Of a stretch of 64,000 nucleotides of DNA, positions 12,506 through 25,174 are shown in pieces. Both the position numbers and the translations under genes were made by a program. The DNA comes from Rhina ancylostomus (taxonomy: Eukaryota): contig JARFYF010000112.1 in NCBI GenBank assembly GCA_030265395.1, positions 77,389,880-77,453,879 on the forward strand. Direction: 5' to 3'. Numbering within the stretch: position 1 is the first letter of the stretch; each line of letters opens with the position of its first letter. A model generated the notes under the pieces. It was given only the letters and a program-made list of their open reading frames with translations. It ran no database searches and was not told where the DNA came from.

Positions 12506-15269
12506 TCAAAGCTTTGTAAAGGATTCAGTCTTCGAAGCTGAATGAGCAAGTATAAGGCAAAAGAAGGTGATCAATAAATTTTCTGAGATACTTGCCGAGA
12601 AATGTCTGCTATCAATGGTGAAGCAGAGCTTGGGATGTAGGGCTAGGGTAGCTTGTAATATTATGGTGTGATGAAGTTGGAGAGAGAAAATTTAACGACT
12701 ACAAGGATATTGAGTTCAACATGAAATTGTGTATAATTGCATATTATAACTACTTGGTGTATCAATGTACATAATCTAATTGCAAATCGCAACCACATAN
12801 NNNNNNNNNNNNNNNNNAAGAAGAGACCTTTTTCTGAACTGGTAAAATAACTATGGACCAGAACCATATATAACTAAAGGTCATCCTTATTAATGACTGT
12901 GGTGCTTTACTTTGTTTAGAACTCTTTTTAACTTTACATTTTCCTGCGTTGTGCTTGCTGGATTGTTCATTTAATTGCATGATGCCCTTGAGTTGTATCT
13001 ATAAAGGACAATTTTTGCTTTGTGTTACCTAAGGTAATGTGCAAAGCATCTTCCACGCATCTAGATTTTCTGTCAATTGCTTTCTCCAACATGCTTCAAG
13101 TATGTTAATTTCAGCAATTGTAATGTACACTTATATAGCCCTTTAACAAAGAGAAACATTAAAAATGACTGCTCTTTCTGAAACTGATACACCCTGACAT
13201 TTTTTTCCTGATCATTTCTCCAGTATTGTGCTAAAGTTCAGGCAGACAAGATTTGAATACACATATAATAAATTGGCATTATTTCAGTAATTTACCTTAA
13301 GGTGGACACTTTATACATCCTATCTGTGCAGATTTGATCTCATGCTTATTTGGTGGAAGTGCTTCAAACCATGTCTGTAATTGTTTTCAATGATGTGATG
13401 CTTGTAACCCTTACATATAAATTGAGATTATTAAAGAGTGAATAAATAGCTTTGCAGTTTTATTGTAAGTGGTGAGTATAATTTTCTAAAACTATAACAG
13501 TCTTCAGAAGAGGAGGGGAGAAAATTGCAAGGATAAAACTGTGAAGGGAAGCTGCTTTGTGAGTCCCATTCTTGTTTAAGTGCCCAAAGTAGACAGTGAT
13601 TAAACATCCCCACTCTTCTGCACATCCCAGGATTTTCTAAGGAGGTAACATCATTTAGCAGTTTCAATTTCAGACAGGATTCAGGATCTCCTTGAAGTTT
13701 AAAAGAGGTTTGAGGTGATCTTGATCTTGAAGTCCAAAGGACATTTTAAATGGCCTGGAACTCAATTAACTTACAGAATTCTTTTAGATCTAAATGAATA
13801 TCATGATGTATATATGCTTCCCATTAAGACACTCAGTTATATATTGTTATTACACTATCTTTGTTGTAAAACTACTGGACCAAGACTTAGTCTCAGTAAA
13901 TTTTAAGCCAGTTTATTGAACAGGCTTAAATTGNNNNNNNNNNNNNNNNNNNNNNNNNNNNNNNNNNNNNNNNNNNNNNNNNNNNNNNNNNNNNNNNNNN
14001 NNNNNNNNNNNNNNNNNNNNNNNNNNNNNNNNNAGTTTATTGAACAGGCTTAAATTGTACATTGTGATGTGTAAGGTGCTTGTTCCTATTATTTCAAGAA
14101 AGGAAAACTGAATACTAGATCTATGGAAAAACACAATAAGTCCCAGAAAAAGAGAAAAGGCTACCTAATATTGTGAGTATTCTTCATTAAACTGCTTTGA
14201 CAATTGTCTTGACCTTGATGGAGGGGAGAAATAAAAATAATAGTATCTCTGCCTTGTGGGTCTACTGATCAGGCAGAAGATGCTCTGGGCAGTGAAATGC
14301 AAGAAGATTTCTTCTATTGATATGCATAAGTGACAACAAAGAAGCAGTAGGAAAATTTTGCATTTGTCTTCTTTCTGAATAAACAATATGCTCTAAAATA
14401 AATAGCACCAAGAGGAAATATTTTTCTAGGCTCTGATTCTGGAATTCAGTGTCTATCAGATAGGCAGTTAGCAGGATGATCACAATGGTGGCTTAATGTA
14501 GAAGAAGGTTGCAAATCATTTTGTACACATCATTTGGATACAAATTGTGTAAATTTGACAGACTTCCCGGTAATGTGAACATTGATAAACAGCTCACTGC
14601 AATAGAGATATGGGGAGGTGCAGGGAATCTGATGAACCAGCCACAAAGAAGATAAGATTATTAAAGCAGATTTCAGGACAAATATTGCACTGATACGGAA
14701 TTATTTAGGGTTAAATTTAATTTGTGAAAAAGCCATTGTATAATTCAGTTCATCCTTGGAAACCAGGAGTACTGTGTCTTCTAGTTGTCTCTTCAATGCA
14801 TATTGATTTGATCATTTTGATCCCATATACTGGGGGGGGGGGGAAGGGGTTTATATCAACCAGGTGCCTCATCTTTATTTATGAGCACAGGTCCCAGAGC
14901 TATAGCTGTTATTGGACACCAAAGTTGCAGTGTGCAATGAAGCTTCCTCATTTTTCATCAGTTAAATTGAGGTCTGCTGTAAAGTTGAAGGAGGCAAGAT
15001 TTCGGCAGCACACCAATCTTGTAATTTTGGACTGAAACCATCCTGCTTGCACTGAAAGAGTAAATGAAAGGGAGATTAAGAATTAGGATTTTAATTAAAT
15101 TCCTGAGTAGGAATTTATTAGAGTTGGATGGGTGTTTTATTTTCAATGCAAACCAAACAAGCCAATTCAGAGGATCAAGGAATTTTCAATGTAAATCAAT
15201 TGCATATCAACTTCCTGCAATCTTTTGCCATTGTTCAAAATACTGAAACCATCCCCATCCATAAATCTG

Positions 15270-15535
15270 GCCACATCCACGTCAGCATTAATTAGCAATA
15301 CACATTTCCACACACTCCAGCTGTGGTCTCACTAGTACCCTATTTGTCTGAAACATAGCCATTTGTTTTCAATTCTCTTAGCAATAAATAGTAACATTTT
15401 GTTAGCTTTCCAAATTACTTGCTTTACCTGCACATTAGCTTTTTGTGACTCATACATTAGGACATCAGGTCCCTCTGCGTCTCAGAGCTCTGCAAACTCA
15501 CCACTTTTATAATTTGCTTTTCTTTATTTCTTCAT
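15270..15535 (-). mobile_element. Old CR1 RT-region fragment
   Basis: AACATTTTGTTAGCTTTCCAAATTACTTGCTTTACCTGCACATTAGCTTTTTGTGACTCATACATTAGGACA…CCCTCTG. Confidence 0.6.
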
Positions 15536-15569
15536 GCCTCTGTTTAATTCTTTTGTGATTTTCTTTTAT

Positions 15570-15980
15570 TCTTCTTGGAGCTTAGAAAAGTGAAAGGGAC
15601 CTAAATTGAAATGGATAACATCCTGAAAGGCCTTGACAGGGTGGGTTTGAAGATGATGTTTCCTCTTGTAGGAGAATCTAGACATAGGGTTCATTATTTA
15701 TAAATAAGGGGTTGTTCTTTTAAGACAGATGGGTGATTTTCTTTCCTCTCTGAGGGTTGTGCATCTTTGAAACTCTCCTATTCTCTTCTGCAAAGAGCAG
15801 TGGAAGCAGAATTACAGAATTTTTATGATCTAGAAGTGAAGAGATTCTTGATAAGCAAGGAGATGAAAGGTCACCATGGATGGATAACAGTGCAGAGCTG
15901 AGGTTGCAATCTGATCAGCCATGATTTTATTAAGTAGTGGAGTAGGCTTGAGGGGACAAGTTACCCACTTTTGCTCCTAA
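15570..15980 (+). mobile_element. CR1 LINE 3' fragment
   Basis: GGCCTTGACAGGGTG…GATGTTTCCTCTTGTAGGAGAATCTAGAC…GATCAGCCATGAT…GGCTTGAGGGG, i.e. ORF2 end plus 3' UTR. Confidence 0.75.
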
Positions 15981-17009
15981 CACTAACATGTTTGTAACTT
16001 TACCCGTTTGCAGGTCTTTATCGAGATTCTGCCAATTAAGTTGTTTGTATCATTTTCATTATTAGGCCATATTGTGAAAGGAACTTCAGTGATAAAAACC
16101 TCATGTTTAAACATGATTCATTTCTTCTTCTTGATCTGATTCACCTTCCACATTTCAATGTTCAATAATAAGGCCTCATGGACTAAATTCGAACCAGAAG
16201 ATGAAAAGAATGCATGAAACAAAGTGTGATCTCCACCTTCTGAATAATTTATTTTCTTGTATGGATTATTAAGTAGAGGTATACAACTCAGAATAATTTT
16301 CTTCCTCGTTACAGTAAAGAAAGATATTCCTGACATACATACATGATGAAGTTTGATCTTGTCTTTTCTTGTATCTTCATTTTCATGTGTGTCTACAAAG
16401 CGATATTTATAAATCAGAACTCATGTGTAGATAATAACTGTTTGGATGCTTTGTTACATCTTAAGACTACTGTGATTCCAGGAGTTCAAATTTCACTGCA
16501 TAATTTCACAAATCCATGTTAAACGTATTTGGTTACTTTGGACTTGCAGTGGCTGCCTATCATAAATATCAACTAATCTTCATTTGCATTTGACTTCAAT
16601 GGATAATTAAACAGTGAATCTCCAGAAGTTAAAATCCAAAGAGCATGTGATGATATATATTCTGTTTTACTATTTGATCAATTCTAAAATGGTTCTATTT
16701 CTCTATTCTAGTAAGCAAGCATAGATGAAAACTGCTTGTAACTGAACCCTGTGAGCTTGGAGGTCCCAGGTTTGATCTCTGGAAGTCTTTGCAGAGGTGA
16801 CATTATCTGGCCACAGTGCCTCAAAGGAACACACAGCCAGGATTGGTGATTCTGACTGTCTTCTATTGTCCAGGCTATGAAGTCGTTAAAACGGTGGAGG
16901 AAAATGTTTGAGATGAGGAAATTTTCCAAACAAAAATGGCAGTATGAGACATGGCAAGAAGATAGCAATTTGAGTTGAGGTTTTATTAATAAGGTATGCA
17001 GACAAAGAA

Positions 17010-17158
17010 TTGCATTTTAATACTACCTTCTATGATCTCAGGACATCAGATATGTTTTATAACTACTGAAAAATTTAGTCGTTTGACATGAGAAACACAT
17101 AACGAATTTCCATCTACAGCAACATGTTATCCATCTAATCCATTTTAGTGACTTTAGT
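17010..17158 (-). mobile_element. Deu-domain SINE fragment, ending at a gap
   Basis: TTGCATTTTAATACTACCTTCTATGATCTCAGGACATC… resembles the antisense Deu-SINE 3' end. A possible head fragment lies at ~17490-17560. Confidence 0.4.
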
Positions 17159-18156
17159 NNNNNNNNNNNNNNNNTGACATAGAACTGTGTTCCCTGTTAT
17201 GTGTTAAACTTAATATGCAGTTATATTGATTAGAACCAAATTTCAGAAATGAATTTCAACAATAATAACTCGATATATCACATTTAGACATTCACAGAAA
17301 GACAAATTTTAACCTGTGGGAACTATAGTAACCAGGACTAAACCTACACAGCATAAATGCATATTTAAAAGCAATGCTTTCAGAATGCCTAGCCGGATCT
17401 CACTTGCTCTTCTTCAAGATACTACCTCGAGCTCTCTTACAACTCGTTAGTGAAACAAAACCTCCAACACACACTCAAGATTGAACTAAAGTGTTGGTCA
17501 TGATTTTTGTGCTCTAGTCTCTGGAGTGTAATAGGCAAAACTGCTTCTCACTGTGTCATGGTCTATTTTCTTAAAAGGCATTATTGTGCCTTCAAATTGA
17601 GTTGTTCTCAGTAAGTCAAATTCTGATCACTATTGGCTAGGCTGCTGGGAAAAATACTTCATCTCTACAGGAAAAAGCAAAGATATCAAAAACAAATCCA
17701 TCTTGCAGTAATATTTCTCCTGAATAAACATTTATCTTGCTAAACTGTCAGTCTGGTCCAACATGCTCTTTTCAAAAGCTACAGTGGCACAATGGTTGGA
17801 ATTCAAGGAATCAAAATGGAGAGAATAAAACAGGTAAATAAATAAATTGTGTCATTGTGATGAACTGCTAATTGGTGTAATGTGAAAGTGGTTGGTAGAA
17901 AAAATGTCTCTTTTTAGGATTACACTCTTGTTGAAAGTGGGAAAGGTAAATCTCGATTGCATTTTCAGAACTGGCTTAATTGTTGGTCTGTAAAATATAT
18001 GGGTGAAGTACTTTATTTGGGTGTGGACTATAAACTGTTGGTGTTTATTTACCTGTGCTGCCATTGCACTTACATTATGTGAACATGGTATGTTCAACCT
18101 GCTAAAAGACTGATGTTCATCAATAGATAAAGGAAGATATGGCCCAACAGGAATCA

Positions 18157-19071
18157 TCATAGAATCATAGAACAGTACAGCACAATAAAGGCCCCTCAGC
18201 CCACAATTTTGTGCTGACCTTTAAACCTTGCCTAAGTCTATCTAACCTCTACCTCCCCCATATCCCTCTATTTTGAATTCCTCCATATGCTTATCTAGCA
18301 ACCTCTTGAATTTGACCAATGTACCTGCCTCCACCACCACCCCAGGCAGCACATTCAATGCACCAACCACTCTCTTGGTAAAAAAACCTTCCTATGACAT
18401 CTCCCTTGAACTTCCCACCCATTCCTTTAAAGCCATGCCCTCTTGTATTGGGCATTGGTGCCCTGGGAAGAGGCGCTGGCTGTCTATCTATTCCTCTTAA
18501 TATTTTGTACACCTCTATCATGTCTCCCTTCATCCTCCTCCTCTCCAAGGAGTAAAGCCCTAGCTCCTTTAGTCTCTCCTCATAATGCATGCACTCCAAA
18601 CAGGGCAGCATCCTGGTAAATCTCCTCTGCACCCTTTCCAATGCTTCCACATCCTTCCTATAATGATGCGACCAGAACTGGACACAGTACTCCAAGTGTG
18701 GTCTAACCAGAGTTTTGTAAAGCTGAATCATTACCTCGTGGCTCCTAAACTCAATCCCACGACTTATGAAAGCTAACATCCCATATGCTTTCTTAACTAC
18801 CCTATCCACCTGTGAAGCAACTTTCAGGGATCTATGGATATGAACCCCCCCAGATCCCTCTGCTCCTCCACACTATCCAGAATCCTGCCATTAACTTTGT
18901 ATTCTGCCTTGGAGTTTGTCCTTCCAAAGTGCACCACCTCACACTTCTCCGGATTGAACTCCATCTGCCACTTCTCAGCTCAGCTCTGCATCCTATCAAT
19001 GTCCCTCTGCAATCCTCCACACTATCCACAACACCACCAACGTTTGTGTTGTCTGCAAACTTGCCAACCCA
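18157..19071 (-). mobile_element. CR1 LINE, 5'-truncated and relatively young (RT C-terminal pseudo-ORF)
   Basis: Frames encode VGKFADNTNVGGVVDS (RT FADD motif mutated) and KKAYGMLAFISRGIEFRSHEVMIQLYKTLVRPHLEYCVQFWS…RRFTRMLP…YSLERRRMKGDMIEVYKI. The 3' tail is (ATTCTATG)n. Confidence 0.92.
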
Positions 19072-19386
19072 TAGAATTGGCAAGGGAAAGAAAATATTGA
19101 GGACTGATAAAGGTCAGGAAATTCCAGAATAATATAATCAGCTCTAAAGAGGTATCATCTTTATTCAGTGCACAGTAGGTTTATTTAAAATTATGTTATT
19201 GTTGCATTGTGTTGTGCATTGCCTTCCTGATTTAAACCAAAATGACTGGCAGTTTGGCTCCTGCATCCCTGCTGATTAGGACAATTCCCTTTTAAGGGCA
19301 TTTTTTTACATGTAAAATCTGTCATGTACAATTGTGGTATTACACAGAATTGAACAGTATTTTATTGATATTGTTTTACAATTAAT

Positions 19387-21572
19387 AAATTGGTAAATTG
19401 CTTTATTATTGTCACATGCACCGAGGTAGAGTGGAAAAACTTGTCTTGCATACCATTCATACAGATCAATTAGTTCACAAGAGTGCATTGAGGTAGCACA
19501 AGGTAAAACAATAACAGAATGCAAAATAAAGTGTAACAGCTACAGAGAAAGTGCAGTAGAAATAAGGTGCAAGGTCATAACAAGGTAGATTGTGAGGTCG
19601 AGAGTCCATCTTATTGTACCAGGGAACAGTTTAATAGTCTTATAGCAGCAGGATAGAAGCTGTCCTTGGGCCTGGTGGTACATGCCTTCAGGCTTTTGTA
19701 TCTTTGCCTGATAGGGTGGGAAGAAGAGAAAATATCCAGGTTGGGTGGGGTCTGTGGAGGGGAGGCTGGTTTCCGTGATGTGCTGAGCTGTGTCTACAAC
19801 TCTCTGCAGTTTATTGGGGTCCTGGGCAGAGCAGTTGCCACACCAACCCATGATACATTCAGGTAGGATGCTTTCTATGGCGCATCAATAAAAGTTGGTG
19901 AGTGTCAAAGGGGACTTGCCATATTTCTATAGCCTCTTAAGTAAGTAGAGGTGCTNNNNNNNNNNNNNNNNNNNNNNNNNNNNNNNNNNNNNNNNNNNNN
20001 NNNNNNNNNNNNNNNNNNNNNNNNNNNNNNNNNNNNNNNNNNNNNNNNNNNNNNNNNNNNNNNNNNNNNNNNNNNNNNNNNNNNNNNNNNNNNNNNNNNN
20101 NNNNNNNNNNNNNNNNNNNNNNNNNNNNNNNNNNNNNNNNNNNNNNNNNNNNNNNNNNNNNNNNNNNNNNNNNNNNNNNNNNNNNNNNNNNNNNNNNNNN
20201 NNNNNNNNNNNNNNNNNNNNNNNNNNNNNNNNNNNNNNNNNNNNNNNNNNNNNNNNNNNNNNNNNNNNNNNNNNNNNNNNNNNNNNNNNNNNNNNNNNNN
20301 NNNNNNNNNNNNNNNNNNNNNNNNNNNNNNNNNNNNNNNNNNNNNNNNNNNNNNNNNNNNNNNNNNNNNNNNNNNNNNNNNNNNNNNNNNNNNNNNNNNN
20401 NNNNNNNNNNNNNNNNNNNNNNNNNNNNNNNNNNNNNNNNNNNNNNNNNNNNNNNNNNNNNNNNNNNNNNNNNNNNNNNNNNNNNNNNNNNNNNNNNNNN
20501 NNNNNNNNNNNNNNNNNNNNNNNNNNNNNNNNNNNNNNNNNNNNNNNNNNNNNNNNNNNNNNNNNNNNNNNNNNNNNNNNNNNNNNNNTCCAGAGATGAG
20601 TGTAGGGCCAGGGAGATGGCATCTACTGTCGACCTGTTTTGATGATAGGCAAATTGCAATGGGTCAAGGTTGTCTGGGATGTTGGAGTTAATATGTGCCT
20701 TGACCAGCCACTTGAAGCACTTAAAGATGGTGGGTGTCAGAGCCACTGGTTAGTAGTCATTAAGACACGTTACCTTGTTTTTCTTAAGTACAGGAATGAT
20801 AGTGATCTTCTTAAAGCAGGTGGGAACCTCAGATTGAAGCAAGGAGAGGTTAAAAATGTCTGTGAATACCCCTGCCAGCTGATCAGCACAGGATCTAAGG
20901 ACACCATCTGGGCCAGATAATTTCCATGGGTTCACTCTCTTGAATATATCTTATGTCTGCAATGGTGACTGTGGGTTCAGGTGCATTGAAAGCTGTCAGG
21001 ATGGGTGGTGACATCCCTATCCCCATCTGTTCAAACCACCCATAGGATGTGTTAAGCTCATCGGGAAGGGATGCGTTGTTGTTGGCGATGCTGCCTGAAT
21101 TGGTTTTGTAACCCATTCCAGCATGTAAGCCCTGCCACAACTGACAGCTGGTCTTGGACTTGATTTTGGACTGATATTGTCTCTTGGCATCTCTGATAGC
21201 TTCATGGAGGTCATACCTTGATTTATTGTACAGGGCAGGATCTCCTGATTTGAATGCCGCAGTCCTGGACTTCAGTAGGGAGTGGATCTCCCAGTTCATC
21301 CATGGTTTCCGGTTTGGGAACACCCAGGTTGTCCTCTTTGGTACCCAGTCTTCAATGTACTTGCTGATAAAGTTCTTGACAGTAGTGACATACTCATCCA
21401 GGCTGGTAGCTGAGTCTTTGAACATGCACCAATCTGTTGACTCAAAGCAGTCGCGTTGAAGCCCTTCTATTTCTTCAGACCAGCACTGTACAACTTTCTG
21501 TACTGGATCCTCCTGTTTCAGCTTCTGTTTGTATTGAAGGAGAACAGCGTGGTGGTCTGATTTACCAAATGT
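19387..21572 (-). mobile_element. Rex1/Babar-clade LINE, 5'-truncated and frameshifted, with an internal assembly gap
   Basis: Peptides [54 protein letters not shown] and [31 protein letters not shown]-terminal W.GNCSAQD..KLQRVV, plus a 3' UTR shared with other copies in the window. Confidence 0.92.
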
Positions 21573-21610
21573 AAATATTAATAAAAACTAATGTTCTTCA
21601 TTCAGATTTA

Positions 21611-21660
21611 GTGAATACCATTCTTTATCATTCAGGTGAATACCATTCTTTATCATTCAG
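21611..21660. repeat. Perfect tandem duplication, 2 x 25 bp
   Basis: GTGAATACCATTCTTTATCATTCAG occurs at 21611-21635 and 21636-21660. Confidence 0.95.
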
Positions 21661-21992
21661 AATCAATAGGATTTTGACTTTTTAACCACATTTGAGTGCA
21701 TGCATATTTGCTAAGAAATTCATTTAGGCATGAAAACATCTGCTGAAGAGTGGTTTATGGGGAACCTACTCTATTTATTCAGCTGCTCTTCTCAGGATTT
21801 TCATGCTTCCTTTGTATAAAGTTTCAAGTCCACAAGGGCTTGTTAGTGCACATTTCAATGAGTAATTTATAGAAACCCATGTCTAGATGAAGTTAACCTG
21901 TACTGATTTGCATCATGCCTGCATTTTCTAAATGATAAACAAGATTCCACCACTGTTTGAAGCCATTGTGCAGCACAGGGAACATCGGACAA

Positions 21993-22220
21993 CTGGAGAC
22001 ACAGGCCGTGGAGAGAGCAGCCAGATTCTGCAATGTTGACATCAATATACTGGTGGTACGAGCAGGAAGGTCCAGCATGTTCAGGAAGCCTTCCAGGAGA
22101 AGACAAAAGAGGCAATGAACAGTTGTCAACAACGTCAATGCATGCAGTGATGCCTCTGGGATGAATTCCAAGTTCTATAAGAAGCTTGAAGAGCTGATGT
22201 GCGATCCAGTGCAAAAAGCA
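21993..22220 (+). mobile_element. Fossil Myb/SANT-like DNA-binding ORF, PIF/Harbinger ORF1 type
   Basis: One frame reads (L)ETQAVERAARFCNVDINILVVRAGRSSMFRKPSRRRQKRQ*TVVNNVNACSDASGMNSKFYKKLEELM. This fits the RAxRF…W..V…VNA…KK..(D/E)L pattern, with TGA at 22116-22118 where the conserved Trp is expected. Confidence 0.55.
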
Positions 22221-23160
22221 ACAAATCCCACCTGTTGGCAAATACTCAACCACACCTACCTCCTGAATCTAACAGTCCCTAAGCAGTCAATATTCCTCCT
22301 CCTGTCTCATAAAAGGTCACACATTTACTACTGCAACATCACCCTCGCACTCACACTTTGCACACACTTCCAGATATTTAATGATAGCAGGCATATCCAA
22401 TGGTCACATTGCAACACACACACTAGTCTCTTTCTTCTCTCTGGAGAGCAATGGGAGGATGCAGGGAATGAGATTCTGCAGCCATAGCTGGAAGAGAGGT
22501 CCAAGATGCCAGTGGGATTAAATAGGTTTCTTGCATCTACCTCATTTCAAACACCCACATACCCCCAGGGTTTGTTCCTGGATCAGAAGGGATAGAGAAA
22601 GAAGGTGGCACTGCATTACTCCTAAGAGCGTCATCCTCGAGATTGGATTCTGCCACTCCCTTCAGCTTAATGCAGCCATGATGAGAGAACTTAGAAGTAA
22701 TAGAGCAGGCAAAGGCATGGAAGGGCAGGCATTAAGAGGATGTATAACTGTGATTCCTCAATGGCTGAAATGTTTTGGTCTTGATTTGATGTTTAAAAAA
22801 TCTTTGAGACAGTTATATGTTTTGGTCTGGCTTTCATGATTTGTACAAAAATAAACATTGGTCAGTAACATGGGAACTATATAATGCTTATGTTGAATAA
22901 TTTTGAACATTGCAGTTCCAGAAAATGATTAAGCCTTATATCATTCTCCAAAAATCACAGCTGTCAATGCTATTCTTCTGTTCAACATTTCCAGGAAGCT
23001 GGAATGAAGTGATGAACTATAGAGTCAGGGTTTAGGCTTTTCCCCTTAGAGTTATCTGGCTATCAGGTGCTGTGACTGAAACAAAGCAGGCACACTTGGA
23101 CACTTCCAGATGACAGAATCTTGCAACCTGCCTAGTTGATTACAAAAATGTTCTAGCAAT

Positions 23161-23463
23161 GGTGACACACTGCCAGGAGGCATTGAGTTGCTTCCCTACA
23201 GCTCCATTGATTTGTGTCCAATCCTGATCTCAACTGCCATCTGCATGGAGATTGTACATTCTCCCTGTGACCACATGGACTTATTCTGGATGCTCTCATT
23301 TTCTCCCATATCCCAAAGACATATGGGTTAATTGTGTCCCAAATGCATAGGTCAGTGAGGAGTTGATGGGAATGGGCAAAGAATAAAATGGTCTAAATGT
23401 GTAGACCACATTCGGCATGGACTCACTGGTCCAAAGGGTCTGTTTCTGTGTTGCATGACTATA
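23161..23463 (+). mobile_element. V-SINE (HE1-like)
   Basis: TGCATGGAGATTGTACATTCTCCCTGTGACCACATGG…TTTTCTCCCATATCCCAAAGACAT…AAAGGGTCTGTTTCTGTGTTGCATGACT. Confidence 0.75.
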
Positions 23464-23904
23464 ATTATCTGTGCATTCAGGGTAGTGGCTTTTGGTCATT
23501 TCTCGATCTGTCAATACCATTTGTGCAATCTATTGCTCACTGTACATTTGAGAAACTCAAAATCTGGGCAAATCTGCATGCTCCATGGCCTGAGGTTCCA
23601 TGCTAAAGGAGAAAATAATGAATTTCTCCTTCTCAATTAATAAGCCTCGTGTGAAATCAAGAAGACAATGGAATGCTTCAACTACCAATATTTGACAGAC
23701 ATCAGCCTGGATGGATGGCTGAGAAAGCTCACAGTGAGACACGCACATACGGCTGGAATTGCCTGTAGATCTAAGTCAGCACTGCCTTTGAAAATCTTAA
23801 CATCTGGATGAAGAACACCTTGGACAAGACTATTGCTCTCAGAAGCCACTTGGGTGTGTGAGGTGAATGGATATCAGGTAATCCCTGCCTAAACCCTTTT
23901 CTTA

Positions 23905-24000
23905 GACCATAAAATATAAGAGTAGAACTAGGCCATTCGGTCCATCGAGTCTGCTCCACCATTCATCATGGCTGATTTTCTTCCTCAACCCCATTCTTTG
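23905..24000 (-). mobile_element. CR1 3' tail fragment
   Basis: GGCCATTCGGTCCATCGAGTCTGCTCCACCATTCATCATGGCTGATTTT…CTCAACCCCATTCT. Confidence 0.7.
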
Positions 24001-25174
24001 TCCTCCAGCTCCAATATGAAGGAGGTTTTGCTTCAGCCAATCACTTCTTCCTACTGGTCATGTGGGAAGTCAAACCAAAATGAATGTATCCTACTTTTAA
24101 AAAAGTAGTTTTCATCAGTAAAATGTTCTGAAAACTCATTTTTGAAGCTCTGAAGTTTTGTACAGCAGAGCTCCACAATCTCTCCTCCAATTGGCTCCCC
24201 ATCAAGCAAACTAACAATCTCCATTAAATAGCACAGGTGCAGGACTCATTCTTGCTGTTAGTGCTGATCATCTGTCTATGGTGTACACCATGAATTTGCA
24301 TATGCCTGAACCAATTTGACAGGAGACTTTCAAAATGTGTGTAGTGTGACAATTGACGTCACCCTTCCACACTCTGTGTAATTTGGGGATGTTTGCATGA
24401 TATACATGGATAACTGCTTTAAATCTTTTAATATGCCCAAAATACACCATGAGCCGTTGATTGTGGCCAATTTTGTGCTTCACTTCAGTCTTATTACACA
24501 TAAAATGTGTTGTGCAATTTATTTTTTATGCTGTAACCACTTGCTGTTGGGATAGTAAATGACAAAAACTAATATTATGTTCCATTACCTATATTTCTTG
24601 AACAAACCAAAAACCTGTTTAAGTATTGAAATATATCAATTTCTATTTGTTCTAATATTGTGGAGTCAAGATTTCACTAAAAATACAATTCAGTGCCTTC
24701 ACCATCAGACAGCAAGAGCACAACAAATGAATTATTATTTCTTATCAAGAATACATAAATTCTATGCTTAAAGACAGCCATGGTACCATAACCATTAATA
24801 GAGACTTTACAAAAGGTACAAGTGTTTATATGTTTTCAATCAGCTAACAATAATTCCATGTCTTAGGAATCATGGAATTTTAGAATTGTATGTGAAAACC
24901 TGGAAATTTATTTGCAAAATGTAATTGAAAATTAAATTTCTTTCTTCTAAAATGCAATAACGAACAGTTCCTTGTCGAGTGTGCACGAAATGATGTCATT
25001 CCCTACACAGTAATTCCATTAGACCATTGTAGGGGGACTTGCCCCACATTGTTCTGGGAGTGACTGTTACTGGTCACTTCTGGAACAACATGGTTTTACT
25101 AGTGCAGCCCTAAAGCAGGTCACCTGGCAAGTAAGTGAATCATTTACATTTATAATACGTAGCAGAAGAGAGAG

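Noticed and set aside
16343-16392. Possible minus-strand micro-exon (THENEDTRKDKIKLHH) between TAG and GTATGT
   Set aside because: The pyrimidine tract is weak, the peptide is unrecognised and there are no partner exons; this is expected by chance.
19927-20746. Long ORFs of 231-269 aa (also 40454-41167)
   Set aside because: Their length comes from N-runs translated as X.
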